A DNA stretch of 64,000 nt, from NCBI GenBank assembly GCA_965222375.1, contig CBDCTZ010000009.1, positions 1-64,000 on the forward strand, read 5' to 3'. The stretch is from Polyangiaceae bacterium (GTDB lineage Bacteria > Myxococcota_A > Polyangia > Polyangiales > Polyangiaceae). Made by a program: the position numbers and the translations under genes. Positions 27,772 through 36,833 of the stretch are shown here, piece after piece (the stretch's first letter is position 1; each line of letters begins with the position of its first letter). Under the pieces are notes generated by a model. The model was not told the DNA's origin and searched no databases. It saw nothing but the letters and a program-made list of their open reading frames with translations.

Positions 27772-28906
27772 ACGGTGGAAGTACACTCTGGAGCACTTGA
27801 TCGGCGGGACCGTTACCGCTGACGGGGCTCGCCATGTGCCCGGGTTCGGCGACTTCTTTGTCGATCAGATCCGACCCGAGCACGTGGAGCAGTGGCGTGC
27901 TGGGGTCCTGGAGTTGATCGCGTCGGGCCAGTATTCGCCCAACACGACCAACAGCTGGCTTTCGATCTTGCGTGTGATCGCGCGGGAGGCGAAGCGCCGG
28001 CACAAGCTCCGGGATCTGTTCACCGAGGGCGTGCCGGACTTCGACACGTCCGAGCACGTTACGTACACCGAGGAGGCGCCGAACTCGCTGACCAGCGAGC
28101 AAGTGCCGTTGTTCTTGACGAAGCTGCTGGAGCTGCATCCCCGGCACTACGCCATGAGCTATCTCGGGCTGGCCACCGGGCTTCGGCCGTCGTCGCTGCG
28201 TCCATTGCGCCGCTGTGGGGAGACTCCAGACGTCCAGTGGGAGAGCTGCCGCTTGTTCGTACGTCGCTCGCAGACGTCGGGCCAGCGGGTCTTGAACACC
28301 ACCAAGCAGAAGAAGCGCTACTGCATCGAACTGCCAAAGGAGGTCATGGAGGTGCTGCGCTGGCACACGGAAACTCAGCTCGTAACGCCTGAGCAGCAGG
28401 GATCTGAGCTGCTTTTTCCGTCCGTTACGGGCGGTTATCGCTCACCAACGGTGCTCAACAAGCCCTTCGCGGAAGTGTCCGAGGCGATTGGCCTGGGATA
28501 CTCCTTCACCCAAATCGGCATGCGGCGCACGTTCAATGACTTGGCCCGGACTGCCCAGGTCGAAGCCATCGTAACGCGCAGCATCTCGGGGCATCTGACC
28601 GAACGGATGCAGGACCACTACTCGACAGTGCAACCCGAGGAGCAGCGCGAGAGCATCGCGCGCGTCATCGACTTGATGACGGCTCGCCGGGCGAGGGAAG
28701 CGGCTGACTCGCAGTCCGAAAGTGGCGGGGCGACCGACGACCCGCCGCAACAGAACGGCGCGTCAGGTGGTACTCCAAGTGGTACTCCAGATGGCGCTAT
28801 CGACAGCGAAAACGGTACCCGTTCGGGGCCACCTGGAGTCCAAAGTGGTACTCCCGGTGGTACTCCACTGTCTTCAAGTGGTACTCCGAAGGGTCGCGTG
28901 GGGTAG
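27455..28906 (+). CDS. Tyrosine recombinase/phage-type integrase
   Basis: LATGLRPSSL (Arg), TTK (Lys), GMRRTF (Arg), ISGH...MQDHY (His, Tyr). GGAGG RBS before ATG 27455. Adjacent to the tRNA. Confidence 0.92.
   Translation: MDNWKKRWKSWIKPTRLPGVWKRKEGGHLVRARVTNPTTGRMEEIRKVLPEADQAAAFKWLSDERARVRAGLGSAQLVRTRFGDFAISVLEHKVQQGHLRSQKSAERWKYTLEHLIGGTVTADGARHVPGFGDFFVDQIRPEHVEQWRAGVLELIASGQYSPNTTNSWLSILRVIAREAKRRHKLRDLFTEGVPDFDTSEHVTYTEEAPNSLTSEQVPLFLTKLLELHPRHYAMSYLGLATGLRPSSLRPLRRCGETPDVQWESCRLFVRRSQTSGQRVLNTTKQKKRYCIELPKEVMEVLRWHTETQLVTPEQQGSELLFPSVTGGYRSPTVLNKPFAEVSEAIGLGYSFTQIGMRRTFNDLARTAQVEAIVTRSISGHLTERMQDHYSTVQPEEQRESIARVIDLMTARRAREAADSQSESGGATDDPPQQNGASGGTPSGTPDGAIDSENGTRSGPPGVQSGTPGGTPLSSSGTPKGRVG
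28767..28887 (+). repeat. Five direct copies of GTGGTACTCC, putative integrase arm-type binding sites
   Basis: Copies start at 28767, 28779, 28845, 28857 and 28878, about 60-180 bp from the tRNA 3' end. Confidence 0.8.
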
Positions 28907-28945
28907 TGCGCTTGTCTAACTACCGAACTTCACTTTGCTTATTAG

Positions 28946-29017
<72 letters not shown>

Positions 29018-29029
29018 GGAGAGCTGGGA

Positions 29030-29058
29030 GGAGTAGCTGCCCGTCGGAGGTCTGTCAA
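29030..29058 (-). promoter_or_regulatory. sigma70-type promoter of tRNA-Gly
   Basis: TTGACA-N17-TACTCC, ending 12 nt upstream of the tRNA. Confidence 0.6.
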
Positions 29059-29129
29059 GCAAGCTGAAAAGCGCAACGAAGTTCGACGCTTCGGAGCGGT
29101 GGGGGGAGCCCGAACCGGCGAAAAGTGGG

Positions 29130-30143
29130 CTATTTGCGAGCGAAAAAGTGCACGTTTTGGGAGGAACCTTCGCTGACGGTGAAGTAGCCCTGGCTGTCGG
29201 CGGCGAAGCCCACGGACTCGCCTTGCTGTTCGGTCAGGGAGGGGGCAGCGCAGGGCGCGGATTGGAAGGCTTGGGCGAAAGCCTGGCCGGGCGAGCGCCG
29301 CCACAGGAACACACCGACATAGGTGCGAACCGCGAGCATGTCGCCGCCGGGTGAGATGTCGCCGCCGGTTACCAGTGGGCTGCCGGCCAGAGCGCCTTGG
29401 CCAAACATGAGTCGGGTGGCTTCGGTCATCGTCACGTTGCCGCCGCCGGCGGGCAGGGGCCCGGGGCTTTGAAACAGCTGCGAGACCCCAGTGTCTGTCT
29501 TGGTCAGGATGTAGAGCTTTCCGTCCTTGGGATCCACGAACAGGGCCTCGGCGTTGTGGGGACCATCGGCGTAGGTCAGCGTGAAGGTTTCCACATTCCG
29601 CAGGGTTCGGGCCACTGCAGGGCCGGCGGGATTGATGACGGGTTCCGCCACCCGATACACGTTGACGAACGCGCGGGTGGACTTGTTGTCTCCGATGTCG
29701 CCCAAGTACAAGTAGTGCTCGTTCGGGGTAGGACCTGGACCGGTGGCGAGATCTTCCCAGTCCTTGGCCTTGGCGTTCGAGAGTGTGAGCTCAGCCAAGT
29801 GGGTTCCGTCCAAGCCCATGGCGAAGACTCTGGGACCGTCACCGGAGTCGTTGTGCACGAACAGCACGCCCTGGTTCTTTCGGCTCGCGATGATTCCGGA
29901 AGCTTCGGTGACCTCCGCTGACGCGATCTTGCCCAGGGCCTTGCCGGCCTCGAACTGTGGGCAGGCTGAGCCGCTGGCGGTCTCGGCGTCGGAACTGCCT
30001 CCGGCGCTTCCCCTCACTGCCTCCATTTTCGCATGCGCGGAGGCATCCACGGGACTGCCTGCCAGGCCCCGGGTGTCGGGCGAGCGGTTGTTCAGTTCCG
30101 CGCCGCACGCGAGCAGCAGCAGCCCGCAGGAGACCATGCGCAT
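29130..30143 (-). CDS. Secreted lipoprotein, probable beta-propeller
   Basis: LLLAC lipobox. EASG, HNDSGD, DWEDLA, GDIGDN and NAEAL motifs of a conserved secreted family. Confidence 0.7.
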   Translation of the reverse strand: MRMVSCGLLLLACGAELNNRSPDTRGLAGSPVDASAHAKMEAVRGSAGGSSDAETASGSACPQFEAGKALGKIASAEVTEASGIIASRKNQGVLFVHNDSGDGPRVFAMGLDGTHLAELTLSNAKAKDWEDLATGPGPTPNEHYLYLGDIGDNKSTRAFVNVYRVAEPVINPAGPAVARTLRNVETFTLTYADGPHNAEALFVDPKDGKLYILTKTDTGVSQLFQSPGPLPAGGGNVTMTEATRLMFGQGALAGSPLVTGGDISPGGDMLAVRTYVGVFLWRRSPGQAFAQAFQSAPCAAPSLTEQQGESVGFAADSQGYFTVSEGSSQNVHFFARK

Positions 30144-30219
30144 CCGCTACTTCTAGCGACCTTTGGGCCACGCTGCCAGGTGCTTGCGGCCCCCTGCAAA
30201 CTGCGTGCAGAAAGCCAAT

Positions 30220-31377
30220 ATGCCTCGCCCGCCTCAGGTTTCCCGCTTCGTCGCCTCGCTTTCGGATCAGGTTTATAGCCGCTTGGTTCAACGCGCGAAG
30301 GAAATGTCCGGCCCCGTCTACGCGCTTCACGTGGGCGATACATATCTGGAGCCCATGCCCGAGGCGCGAGCCGAAGCCCAGCGCGCGGCGGACCACCCGC
30401 GGCTTCACAACTATGCGGCGGTGCAGGGTGAGGCGGAGCTGCTCGATGCCATCATCGAGCGGGCGGCGAAGGAAAAGGACGCGGTGCTCAAGCGCACCCG
30501 GTTGCAGGTGACGCTGGGTGCGACGGGCGGGCTGAGTACTGTGGCCGCCGCGTTGCTGGAGCCCGGCGATGAAGTTCTGGTCTTGTCGCCGTATTGGCCA
30601 TTGATTCGCGGCATCATCGTCGGACGCGGCGCCAAGGCCGTGGAGGTGCCATTCTACGATCGCTGTACGGCTCCGGACTTTGACGCCGAGCAAGCGCTCG
30701 AGCAAGCCTTGAGCGACAAGACCGTGGCGCTCTACATGTGCAGTCCCAACAACCCCACGGGTCGAGTGCACACGCCCGAGCTGCAGGCTGCGTTGTGTCG
30801 CTTTGCGGAGCGTCACGACCTGTGGATCTTCTCCGATGAGGCCTACGAGGATCTCGCCTTCGCGGCGGCGCCCACCCCGGCCTGGATCAGTCACCCAGAG
30901 CGCACGCTTTCCTGTCACACCGCGTCCAAGAGTTTCGGCCTGGCCGGAGTCCGCGTCGGCTGGGTCTACGGGCCCGAAACGGCCATGGCCGCAGTCCGCG
31001 GCACGCAGACCTTTTTGACCTATTGCGCGCCGAAGCCGCTGCAATACGGCGTGGCTCGGGCGCTTCGCGCCGGAAGGCCGTGGCTAGAGCAGGCCCGCAC
31101 GGCGTATCAAGAGGCGGGAAACGCGGCGGCCCGCAGCCTGGGATTGCCCGAGCCGGAAGGGGGCACGTTCCTGTTTTTCGACGTGGCGCCCTGGTTGAAA
31201 GCTGGGGAGTCGGTGACGGACTTTTTGGAGCGGGCGCTTGCGGCAGGGGTACTGCTCACCCCTGGTGGCGCGTCCGGGGCGGACTACGCGAGCTGGGTGC
31301 GGCTGTGTTTTTCGGCCGTGCCGCCGACGGAACTGGCCCAGGCCACAGAGCGACTGCGGGACCTAATGCCGCGCTAG
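30220..31377 (+). CDS. PLP-dependent aminotransferase class I/II
   Basis: SPNNPTG, DEAY, SKSFGLAGVRVG and VRLCFS motifs. Confidence 0.93.
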   Translation: MPRPPQVSRFVASLSDQVYSRLVQRAKEMSGPVYALHVGDTYLEPMPEARAEAQRAADHPRLHNYAAVQGEAELLDAIIERAAKEKDAVLKRTRLQVTLGATGGLSTVAAALLEPGDEVLVLSPYWPLIRGIIVGRGAKAVEVPFYDRCTAPDFDAEQALEQALSDKTVALYMCSPNNPTGRVHTPELQAALCRFAERHDLWIFSDEAYEDLAFAAAPTPAWISHPERTLSCHTASKSFGLAGVRVGWVYGPETAMAAVRGTQTFLTYCAPKPLQYGVARALRAGRPWLEQARTAYQEAGNAAARSLGLPEPEGGTFLFFDVAPWLKAGESVTDFLERALAAGVLLTPGGASGADYASWVRLCFSAVPPTELAQATERLRDLMPR

Positions 31378-31380
31378 CGG

Positions 31381-32715
31381 TCACTTGTTGCGCTTGCCCT
31401 TGCGTGGGCGCGGAATGCCGAAGGCGTCGAGGCGCGCAACCAGAGTGCGCCGAGGCATGCCCAGCATCTTGGCCGCCTTGGTTTGGTTGCCCCCACAGTC
31501 CTCGAGGGCCTGGATGATCCGTGCACGCAAGACCTCATCCAGCTCGGCCCTGAGGGGCGCGCGGCGGCGACGCTTGTTGGAGAGCGTCGAGCGCAACTTG
31601 CGTGGCAGATCCTTGACCGCGAGCGTTGCTTTGTCCGAGGCGAGCAACACCGTGCGAAGCATCTGAATCAGTTCCCTGAAGTTCCCCGGAAAGTCGTAGC
31701 CGGCGAACAGTGTCAGCACGTCGGGCTGTAGCTCTGGCACGGGCTGTTTGAGTTCCGACGCCGCAGTCTCGAGGGCTTCTTGGACCAGGCTTGGTAGCTC
31801 TGCGCTGCGCTCGCGCAATGCCGGCACTTCCACGATCACGCCTACGATCCGAAGATAGAGTGCGGGGCGCATGGTGCCTCGGGATACCGCGGTCTCGAGT
31901 CGCTCGTTGCTGCTGGCAATGACTCGCGCGTCGATGCCGATGCTCTGACTCGAGCCCAGAGGCTGAAACTCGCGAAGCTCCAGGCAGCGGGCCAAGCGAT
32001 CTTGGATTCGGGGTGCTAGGTCAGTCACCTTGTCCAGATACAACGTGCCGTTCCCGGCGCGTTGGAACGCGCCTTCGTAGGCAGCATCACCGCTTCGCAC
32101 GAAGCCCGCCACGCAGCCGAAAAGCTCGCGCTCGATGGCCTTCTCTGACCAATCTGCACAACCCAGGCGCACGAAGGGGTGTTCGGAGTTCGGCGAATTC
32201 GTGTGCAAAGCATCAGCAAAGCGCCGTTTTCCAGAGCCCGCCTCCCCAACGATGTTCACGGCGATGTGGCTTCGGCCTAAGCGTTCGGCGAGCCCGAGCA
32301 GCTCGTGTTGCGATGGAATACTGCGGTCGACCCTCAAAGCAGGCGGGGTCGTGGACTTGAGCCCAACCGGCGCGCGGACGACCATGACTGCGTCGCCAAG
32401 CTCCACCAGCATCCCAAAGCGCAGGGGCCGTGGTTGGTCGGGGATCATGGGGATACCGTCTACATGCGTGCCGTTGGCACTACCGAGATCGGTGATCGAA
32501 AGGGGCGGGCCTGTTTCGAGTCGTGCGTGAGCTCGGGAAACAGAGGGGTCATCAACCACCACGTCGCAGTCGTTGCCTCGGCCGAAAACCAAACTTGTTT
32601 CTGCGGCCAGGGGGACTTCGGTGAAGCCGCCGTCCCAGTACACGTGTGCGCACAACGCGTCCCGATGAAGCTTCAGCCTCTCAGTGGACTGGTCTTCACC
32701 GGCTTCTGCGCACAT
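31381..32715 (-). CDS. FHA-domain sigma54-interaction (bEBP-type) regulator with Fis HTH; degenerate GAFTGA
   Basis: FGR...SVSRAHA...GSANGT (FHA), GEAGSGK, ELFGCVAGFVRSG, FPGNFREL, GGNQTKAAKMLGMPRRTL. Confidence 0.9.
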   Translation of the reverse strand: MCAEAGEDQSTERLKLHRDALCAHVYWDGGFTEVPLAAETSLVFGRGNDCDVVVDDPSVSRAHARLETGPPLSITDLGSANGTHVDGIPMIPDQPRPLRFGMLVELGDAVMVVRAPVGLKSTTPPALRVDRSIPSQHELLGLAERLGRSHIAVNIVGEAGSGKRRFADALHTNSPNSEHPFVRLGCADWSEKAIERELFGCVAGFVRSGDAAYEGAFQRAGNGTLYLDKVTDLAPRIQDRLARCLELREFQPLGSSQSIGIDARVIASSNERLETAVSRGTMRPALYLRIVGVIVEVPALRERSAELPSLVQEALETAASELKQPVPELQPDVLTLFAGYDFPGNFRELIQMLRTVLLASDKATLAVKDLPRKLRSTLSNKRRRRAPLRAELDEVLRARIIQALEDCGGNQTKAAKMLGMPRRTLVARLDAFGIPRPRKGKRNK

Positions 32716-32837
32716 GCACCGCCAGTCTACCCTGCCCGCCCCCAGGGTGAGAAACTCGCAGTGGAGCGAAGCTGTCCCGTAACAAAAGATGTATCAGTAA
32801 TCATCGCCGCTGGGAATGTGCGTGTGTTGCCCACACA

Positions 32838-32859
32838 AGTTGTGCAAGTTTTGCTCAAC
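32838..32859. promoter_or_regulatory. Palindromic operator-like site, 21/22 identical to 22273-22294
   Basis: AGTTGTGCAAGTTTTGCTCAAC, about 125 bp upstream of the FHA-bEBP start. Confidence 0.7.
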
Positions 32860-32904
32860 GCCAAGAAAAACGCTTTGCGTACGCGGGGTTTGAGTTCATC
32901 GATG

Positions 32905-33000
32905 CTAGCCAGGACTCTTCTTGGCGAGGGCGTGGAGGCACGCATACGCAGCGTATTTGTAGCTTTCAGCGAGCGAAGGATAACTGAAGACGCTGTCGAC
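32905..33000 (-). pseudogene. Remnant resembling the C-terminus of soluble pyridine nucleotide transhydrogenase
   Basis: VDSVFSYPSLAESYKYAAYACL resembles the SthA C-terminal motif VFNYPTLAEAYKxAA. The rest of the gene is absent. Confidence 0.5.
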
Positions 33001-33136
33001 TTTGGCACCCAAGTGCGCCGCGGTCCGCCATTCCAGCGTTGCTCGGGGATGAAGGTGATCCCGCTCCGACCCTTCGCCTCCGTGAGCGTAGCTCACGCCG
33101 GATCGTTCGGGCCGAGTTCGGCGTTGGGTGGCACGC

Positions 33137-33571
33137 TCAAGTCACGGCAAGCAGTCGAACTGCCAGCTTGACGAAATCCGCTTCGGTGATGATGCCGGCG
33201 AGCACGCCGCTATCGTCGGTCACGGGCAAGCAACCCAGCTTGCCTTCGATCATCAGACGTCCGGCTTCCGAGAGGGACATGTCCTCTTTAGCGGTGCGCA
33301 CGTTCTGCTGCATGATGTCCCGGACGAACACGCTTTCGCTCAGCAGCTTGGTTTTCTGAGCGCCGCCACGTTCCAGGGTGCTGGCTTGTGCCCGCAGCAC
33401 GTCTCGATGCGTGACCAGGCCGACGAGTCGGCCTTCGTCCACTACGGGCAGATGCCGAAACCGATAACGCTGCATGCCCTCTTCGATGCGCTCGAGGTTG
33501 TCCTCTTCATAGAGGGTGATGACCTCGCGGGTCATGATGTCGCCTACGGTGCGCGGAAGTACTGTGCTCAT
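33137..33571 (-). CDS. CBS-domain pair protein
   Basis: VGDIMTREV...RHLPVVDEGRLVGLVTHRD and VRDIM...GCLPV...GIITEADF. Confidence 0.92.
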   Translation of the reverse strand: MSTVLPRTVGDIMTREVITLYEEDNLERIEEGMQRYRFRHLPVVDEGRLVGLVTHRDVLRAQASTLERGGAQKTKLLSESVFVRDIMQQNVRTAKEDMSLSEAGRLMIEGKLGCLPVTDDSGVLAGIITEADFVKLAVRLLAVT

Positions 33572-33585
33572 GGCTGCGCAAGCTT

Positions 33586-33601
33586 TGCACGTGTCGTGCC
33601 G
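33586..33601 (-). promoter_or_regulatory. sigma54 (-24/-12) promoter of the CBS gene
   Basis: Minus strand CGGCACGACACGTGCA. The 14-bp core is identical to that at 21954-21967. Confidence 0.55.
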
Positions 33602-33650
33602 CCAAAACAAGATGCAGAAGTCGGGATCTGGTCGAATGAACGCGCAGTTT

Positions 33651-36600
33651 CTACGGATCTTGCGCAGAACTTGCCGAGTCTCCGCCTAGGACTCGGGCGA
33701 GCAGCTTCTCCGCGGCGCGGCGGCTGGGTGCCGCCTCCGCTGCTGGCGAATGGCAGGCCACGCCCCGCACGCAGGCAGCGCAGCCGTCGTGGGCGGCGCA
33801 ACCGTCGGCATGCTGAGCGTGCAGCAGGATCTGTTGGGCCCAGAACAGCGCGTGGTGCAGCACCGAGCTGTTTAAGGCACGGGCGAATCCAGCCTCACCG
33901 GGATGCCGATCGACGAAATAGAGCTGGCTGTGCTCGTCGCTCCAGCTGACATCCAGATCCTCTTCGCGGTGTTGAAGGAACGCGCGCAGGGTTGCCCGGA
34001 CCAAATGAGCCACGCCATGTACAGCTCCAGGATCGGCACTCGGGAGTTGGACCACAGCAACGCGAGTCTTCTGCTCGACCGCGATGGGCTGCGCGTAGAG
34101 CAGCTCGTCTAGGGTGCCTCGAGCCGCGTGGTCGCTGCGAACGCCAAACACCGTCTCGCGCAGAGAGATGACCGGGTGGTGCAGCTGCACTTTGTCGGGA
34201 CCGCCAAAGCTCAATTCGTTGCCAATCCCCTCGACGGCAAAGTCCAAACGGCGGATCGGTGCCGTCCGCGTTCGGCGCCGCTCCGGAACTGCGTACAGCA
34301 CGCCATCCTCTTCGGGCGGTTGCTCTTCGGGCAGCAATACACGGTAGCGCCGCCCCTCAGCCATCAGGACTCGACCTGGATAGGCTGCCGAGCGCAGCCG
34401 CCGCTTGTCCGTTTCCCACACCACGGAGCCGTCGCCGCGATCGATCAGCTGGCCGACATCTCCGCTGGCGGTGAGGGCCGTCGTCGTGTCTTCAGTTTGG
34501 ATGTTGCGGCTGAACAGTACCTCGGTCTCCAGGCTACCGTTGGCAGCCAGACGATCGACGCTACGCCTCGACAGCCCGGCGGCACCCGGCTCTGCGATCC
34601 CCGCCGCCGCTGCGGCAAAGTTCTTCCTCAGCTCGCTGAGGGACAAGGGCGACTCCGCAGCAGCTAGCACCGCGTGCCGCGTGGCCATGCTGGGCAGATC
34701 CAGGGCTGCGACGGGCGCAGAGCCCAGGGCGAGCATGGGGTGGGGGCGTCTGGCGTCGAGCCACCTGGGGTTTTGAGACAAGAGCAGCGAAAAGGGATCG
34801 GATTCCGACAGCCAAATGCTCACGACCCGGTCAGCCTTGATCTCAACTGCTGGCTTTTCGTCCTGCCCCTCGGCGGTCTCGGACTCGCCCTCCTCTTCCG
34901 GTGTCTCGTCTTCTTCTGCTTCTTCGGGTGGCTCCGCGGCGGGCGCAGGTTCTTCCACGTCGAAGCCGCCGAACCGGCTTTGGTCGCCGTCGGTGAGCCT
35001 TCTCTCGCGGACCTCGCGAGCCGACAGGGTTGCCATGTCGATGGCTTTGCGGCCTGCGTGGCGTGTGAAAAAACCAAGCAGCGCGGCTGTCTCTGGACGA
35101 AGCCGGGTTATGACCGCGTCCGCCTTGTCCAGTTTCAGGTGGCCGCCGTCTCCGGTCTGGATGACCGCGTGGCCAAAGTCGAGCAATACGCGGTTGACCT
35201 GTTGTTCCTGTTCGAAGGAGGTCAGAGAGTCGTCGAATCCTGACAGCTCGGCTCGGTAGCCGCAGGCGATGGCGACGCCGCGCGCGCCCACGGCGGGATG
35301 TAGCTCGCCGGCGCGGCGCGGCGTGCCCACCACGATTTGTTGGGGCGGCGCGCCTCGGCTGTCGCTTTCGGGGCCGACGACCTCGAAGGGCACGCCCATC
35401 AGCCGCTCTGCCAGGCCCAGCACATCCGGGCCGAAGGGCGCGATCGTCGAGAGCACGGCTGGGCGGGCGCCGGTGTTTTGGGCCAGGCGCATCAGGCGCC
35501 GCATCGTAAAAGCCAGGGCGCCGCCCCGCACGCCGCCGTAGCGATCGAGGTCGACGGCCACGACGAGGGCGAGCCGCGAGAGGAAGCCCGTCCATTCGGC
35601 GTGGCGCGGGCAGATGTCCTCGTGGACTTCTTTGGGGGTGGCGAACACGATCGCGGGAGGCCGTTTGCGCGGGTGGACGCCCCGGCGACCCTGACTCGAT
35701 AGGTCATGGCTGTGCAGCGCCCACGCCCAATTGCATTGTGCCGACAGATCTCGAAACGCGCTGGCGCGCCGCGCGGACTCGGCTTCGTCCGGCGACAGAT
35801 ACAGTACGGAGCCACCCTGCAGCAGTACGGCTCGCATCGCAAGCAGATCGCCCAAGGTGCGCCGACCACTCAGCGGCGGCGTCTCCATCAGCACGTTCTT
35901 GTCGTCCAAGATGGCTTCCGCCGTTGCTTCTTGGTGCACGTAGAAGCCGGAGATCTCCAGAGCCTCCAGAGCGGAACTCATCAAGGTGCTTTCGCCTGCC
36001 AAGTGGGTGCGCTCGGCGACATGTTCGGATTGACCGCTGACATAGCCGCCATCGCCGACGTCGAGCTCCGGGCCCCGCGGGTCGATGGACAGGGCGCGCA
36101 CGAGTTGGTCGGGGTCTTTATATTGAGTCTCTGGTGGGCCCGTCGGCTCTTTCTTACGCCGCTCTTCCTCGGGGCTCTTGGGTGGGTCGACGAGATTCAG
36201 GGCGAGGCCTTCGACCACGATGGCGCCCAGCACCCACAGAGGAGGGGAGAGCGAGCCGGTGATGGCACCCGCTAGCGCAGCCCATTGCACCCAGCGCAGC
36301 GCGCGGACCAAGGGTCGGTTCCAGTCCGAGTAACGCGTCTCCTGCACGCCGGGCTCCTTGAACCCCGCCAGCTTGTAGAAGCGCTCCGCCCAAGACGTTC
36401 CCAACTCCGCTTCCAACTCCCGCGCTGCGCCGCCATCGCCCTTGAGCAGGCCCAGGAACCAGGCCAGCAACATCGCGAGGGCGACAAAGACGCCGTACAC
36501 GGCGGCGTAGGTGAGCCCCAGGACGAAAGCGTGGCGCAGGGGGCCGAGTTGCTCGATGGGGGCGCCTTGCACTCCGGTGAGCCATTGAATCGCGGCGCTC

Positions 36601-36833
36601 TCGAAGCTGCGACCGGTGGAGGCGATGTAACCGAGAGTGGCGGCGAAGGCGGTCGCGACCACCAAGGCAGAAAGCAGCAGTACCGGTCCGGCAGCGAGGC
36701 GTTTGGAGCTGTTGCGCAATACGCTGAGCATACCGCGTCCCACCAGAGTCGTGACCAGCAAGACGAGCCCGGTCTCGACGAAGATCGCCAGCAGCGGATA
36801 GGACCGGTACAGCGAAAGGAGCGCGTCGATCAC
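33651..36833 (-). CDS. Membrane-anchored, probably inactive DEAD/DEAH (MrfA/DUF1998-like) helicase homolog
   Basis: Several N-terminal TM segments. FYVHQE Q-motif, TPPLSGRR in place of Walker A, VDLDRYGG in place of DEAH, C-terminal GCAAHDGCAAC. GTG start overlaps the upstream TGA. Confidence 0.75.
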   Translation of the reverse strand: MIDALLSLYRSYPLLAIFVETGLVLLVTTLVGRGMLSVLRNSSKRLAAGPVLLLSALVVATAFAATLGYIASTGRSFESAAIQWLTGVQGAPIEQLGPLRHAFVLGLTYAAVYGVFVALAMLLAWFLGLLKGDGGAARELEAELGTSWAERFYKLAGFKEPGVQETRYSDWNRPLVRALRWVQWAALAGAITGSLSPPLWVLGAIVVEGLALNLVDPPKSPEEERRKKEPTGPPETQYKDPDQLVRALSIDPRGPELDVGDGGYVSGQSEHVAERTHLAGESTLMSSALEALEISGFYVHQEATAEAILDDKNVLMETPPLSGRRTLGDLLAMRAVLLQGGSVLYLSPDEAESARRASAFRDLSAQCNWAWALHSHDLSSQGRRGVHPRKRPPAIVFATPKEVHEDICPRHAEWTGFLSRLALVVAVDLDRYGGVRGGALAFTMRRLMRLAQNTGARPAVLSTIAPFGPDVLGLAERLMGVPFEVVGPESDSRGAPPQQIVVGTPRRAGELHPAVGARGVAIACGYRAELSGFDDSLTSFEQEQQVNRVLLDFGHAVIQTGDGGHLKLDKADAVITRLRPETAALLGFFTRHAGRKAIDMATLSAREVRERRLTDGDQSRFGGFDVEEPAPAAEPPEEAEEDETPEEEGESETAEGQDEKPAVEIKADRVVSIWLSESDPFSLLLSQNPRWLDARRPHPMLALGSAPVAALDLPSMATRHAVLAAAESPLSLSELRKNFAAAAAGIAEPGAAGLSRRSVDRLAANGSLETEVLFSRNIQTEDTTTALTASGDVGQLIDRGDGSVVWETDKRRLRSAAYPGRVLMAEGRRYRVLLPEEQPPEEDGVLYAVPERRRTRTAPIRRLDFAVEGIGNELSFGGPDKVQLHHPVISLRETVFGVRSDHAARGTLDELLYAQPIAVEQKTRVAVVQLPSADPGAVHGVAHLVRATLRAFLQHREEDLDVSWSDEHSQLYFVDRHPGEAGFARALNSSVLHHALFWAQQILLHAQHADGCAAHDGCAACVRGVACHSPAAEAAPSRRAAEKLLARVLGGDSASSAQDP

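Larger units (their letters stand above)
1..28945. mobile_element. Integrative element/genomic island inserted at the 3' end of tRNA-Gly; left end outside the window
   Basis: Tyrosine integrase ends about 40 bp from the tRNA 3' end. Excisionase-like gene, primase-helicase, XRE regulator and toxin cargo are present. I saw no second copy of the tRNA 3' end in the window. The primase module could be a separate nested element. Confidence 0.75.

Noticed and set aside
28767..28887. Possible CRISPR array
   Set aside because: Repeats are only 10 bp with irregular 2-56-bp gaps and no cas genes. No CRISPR array was seen anywhere in the window.
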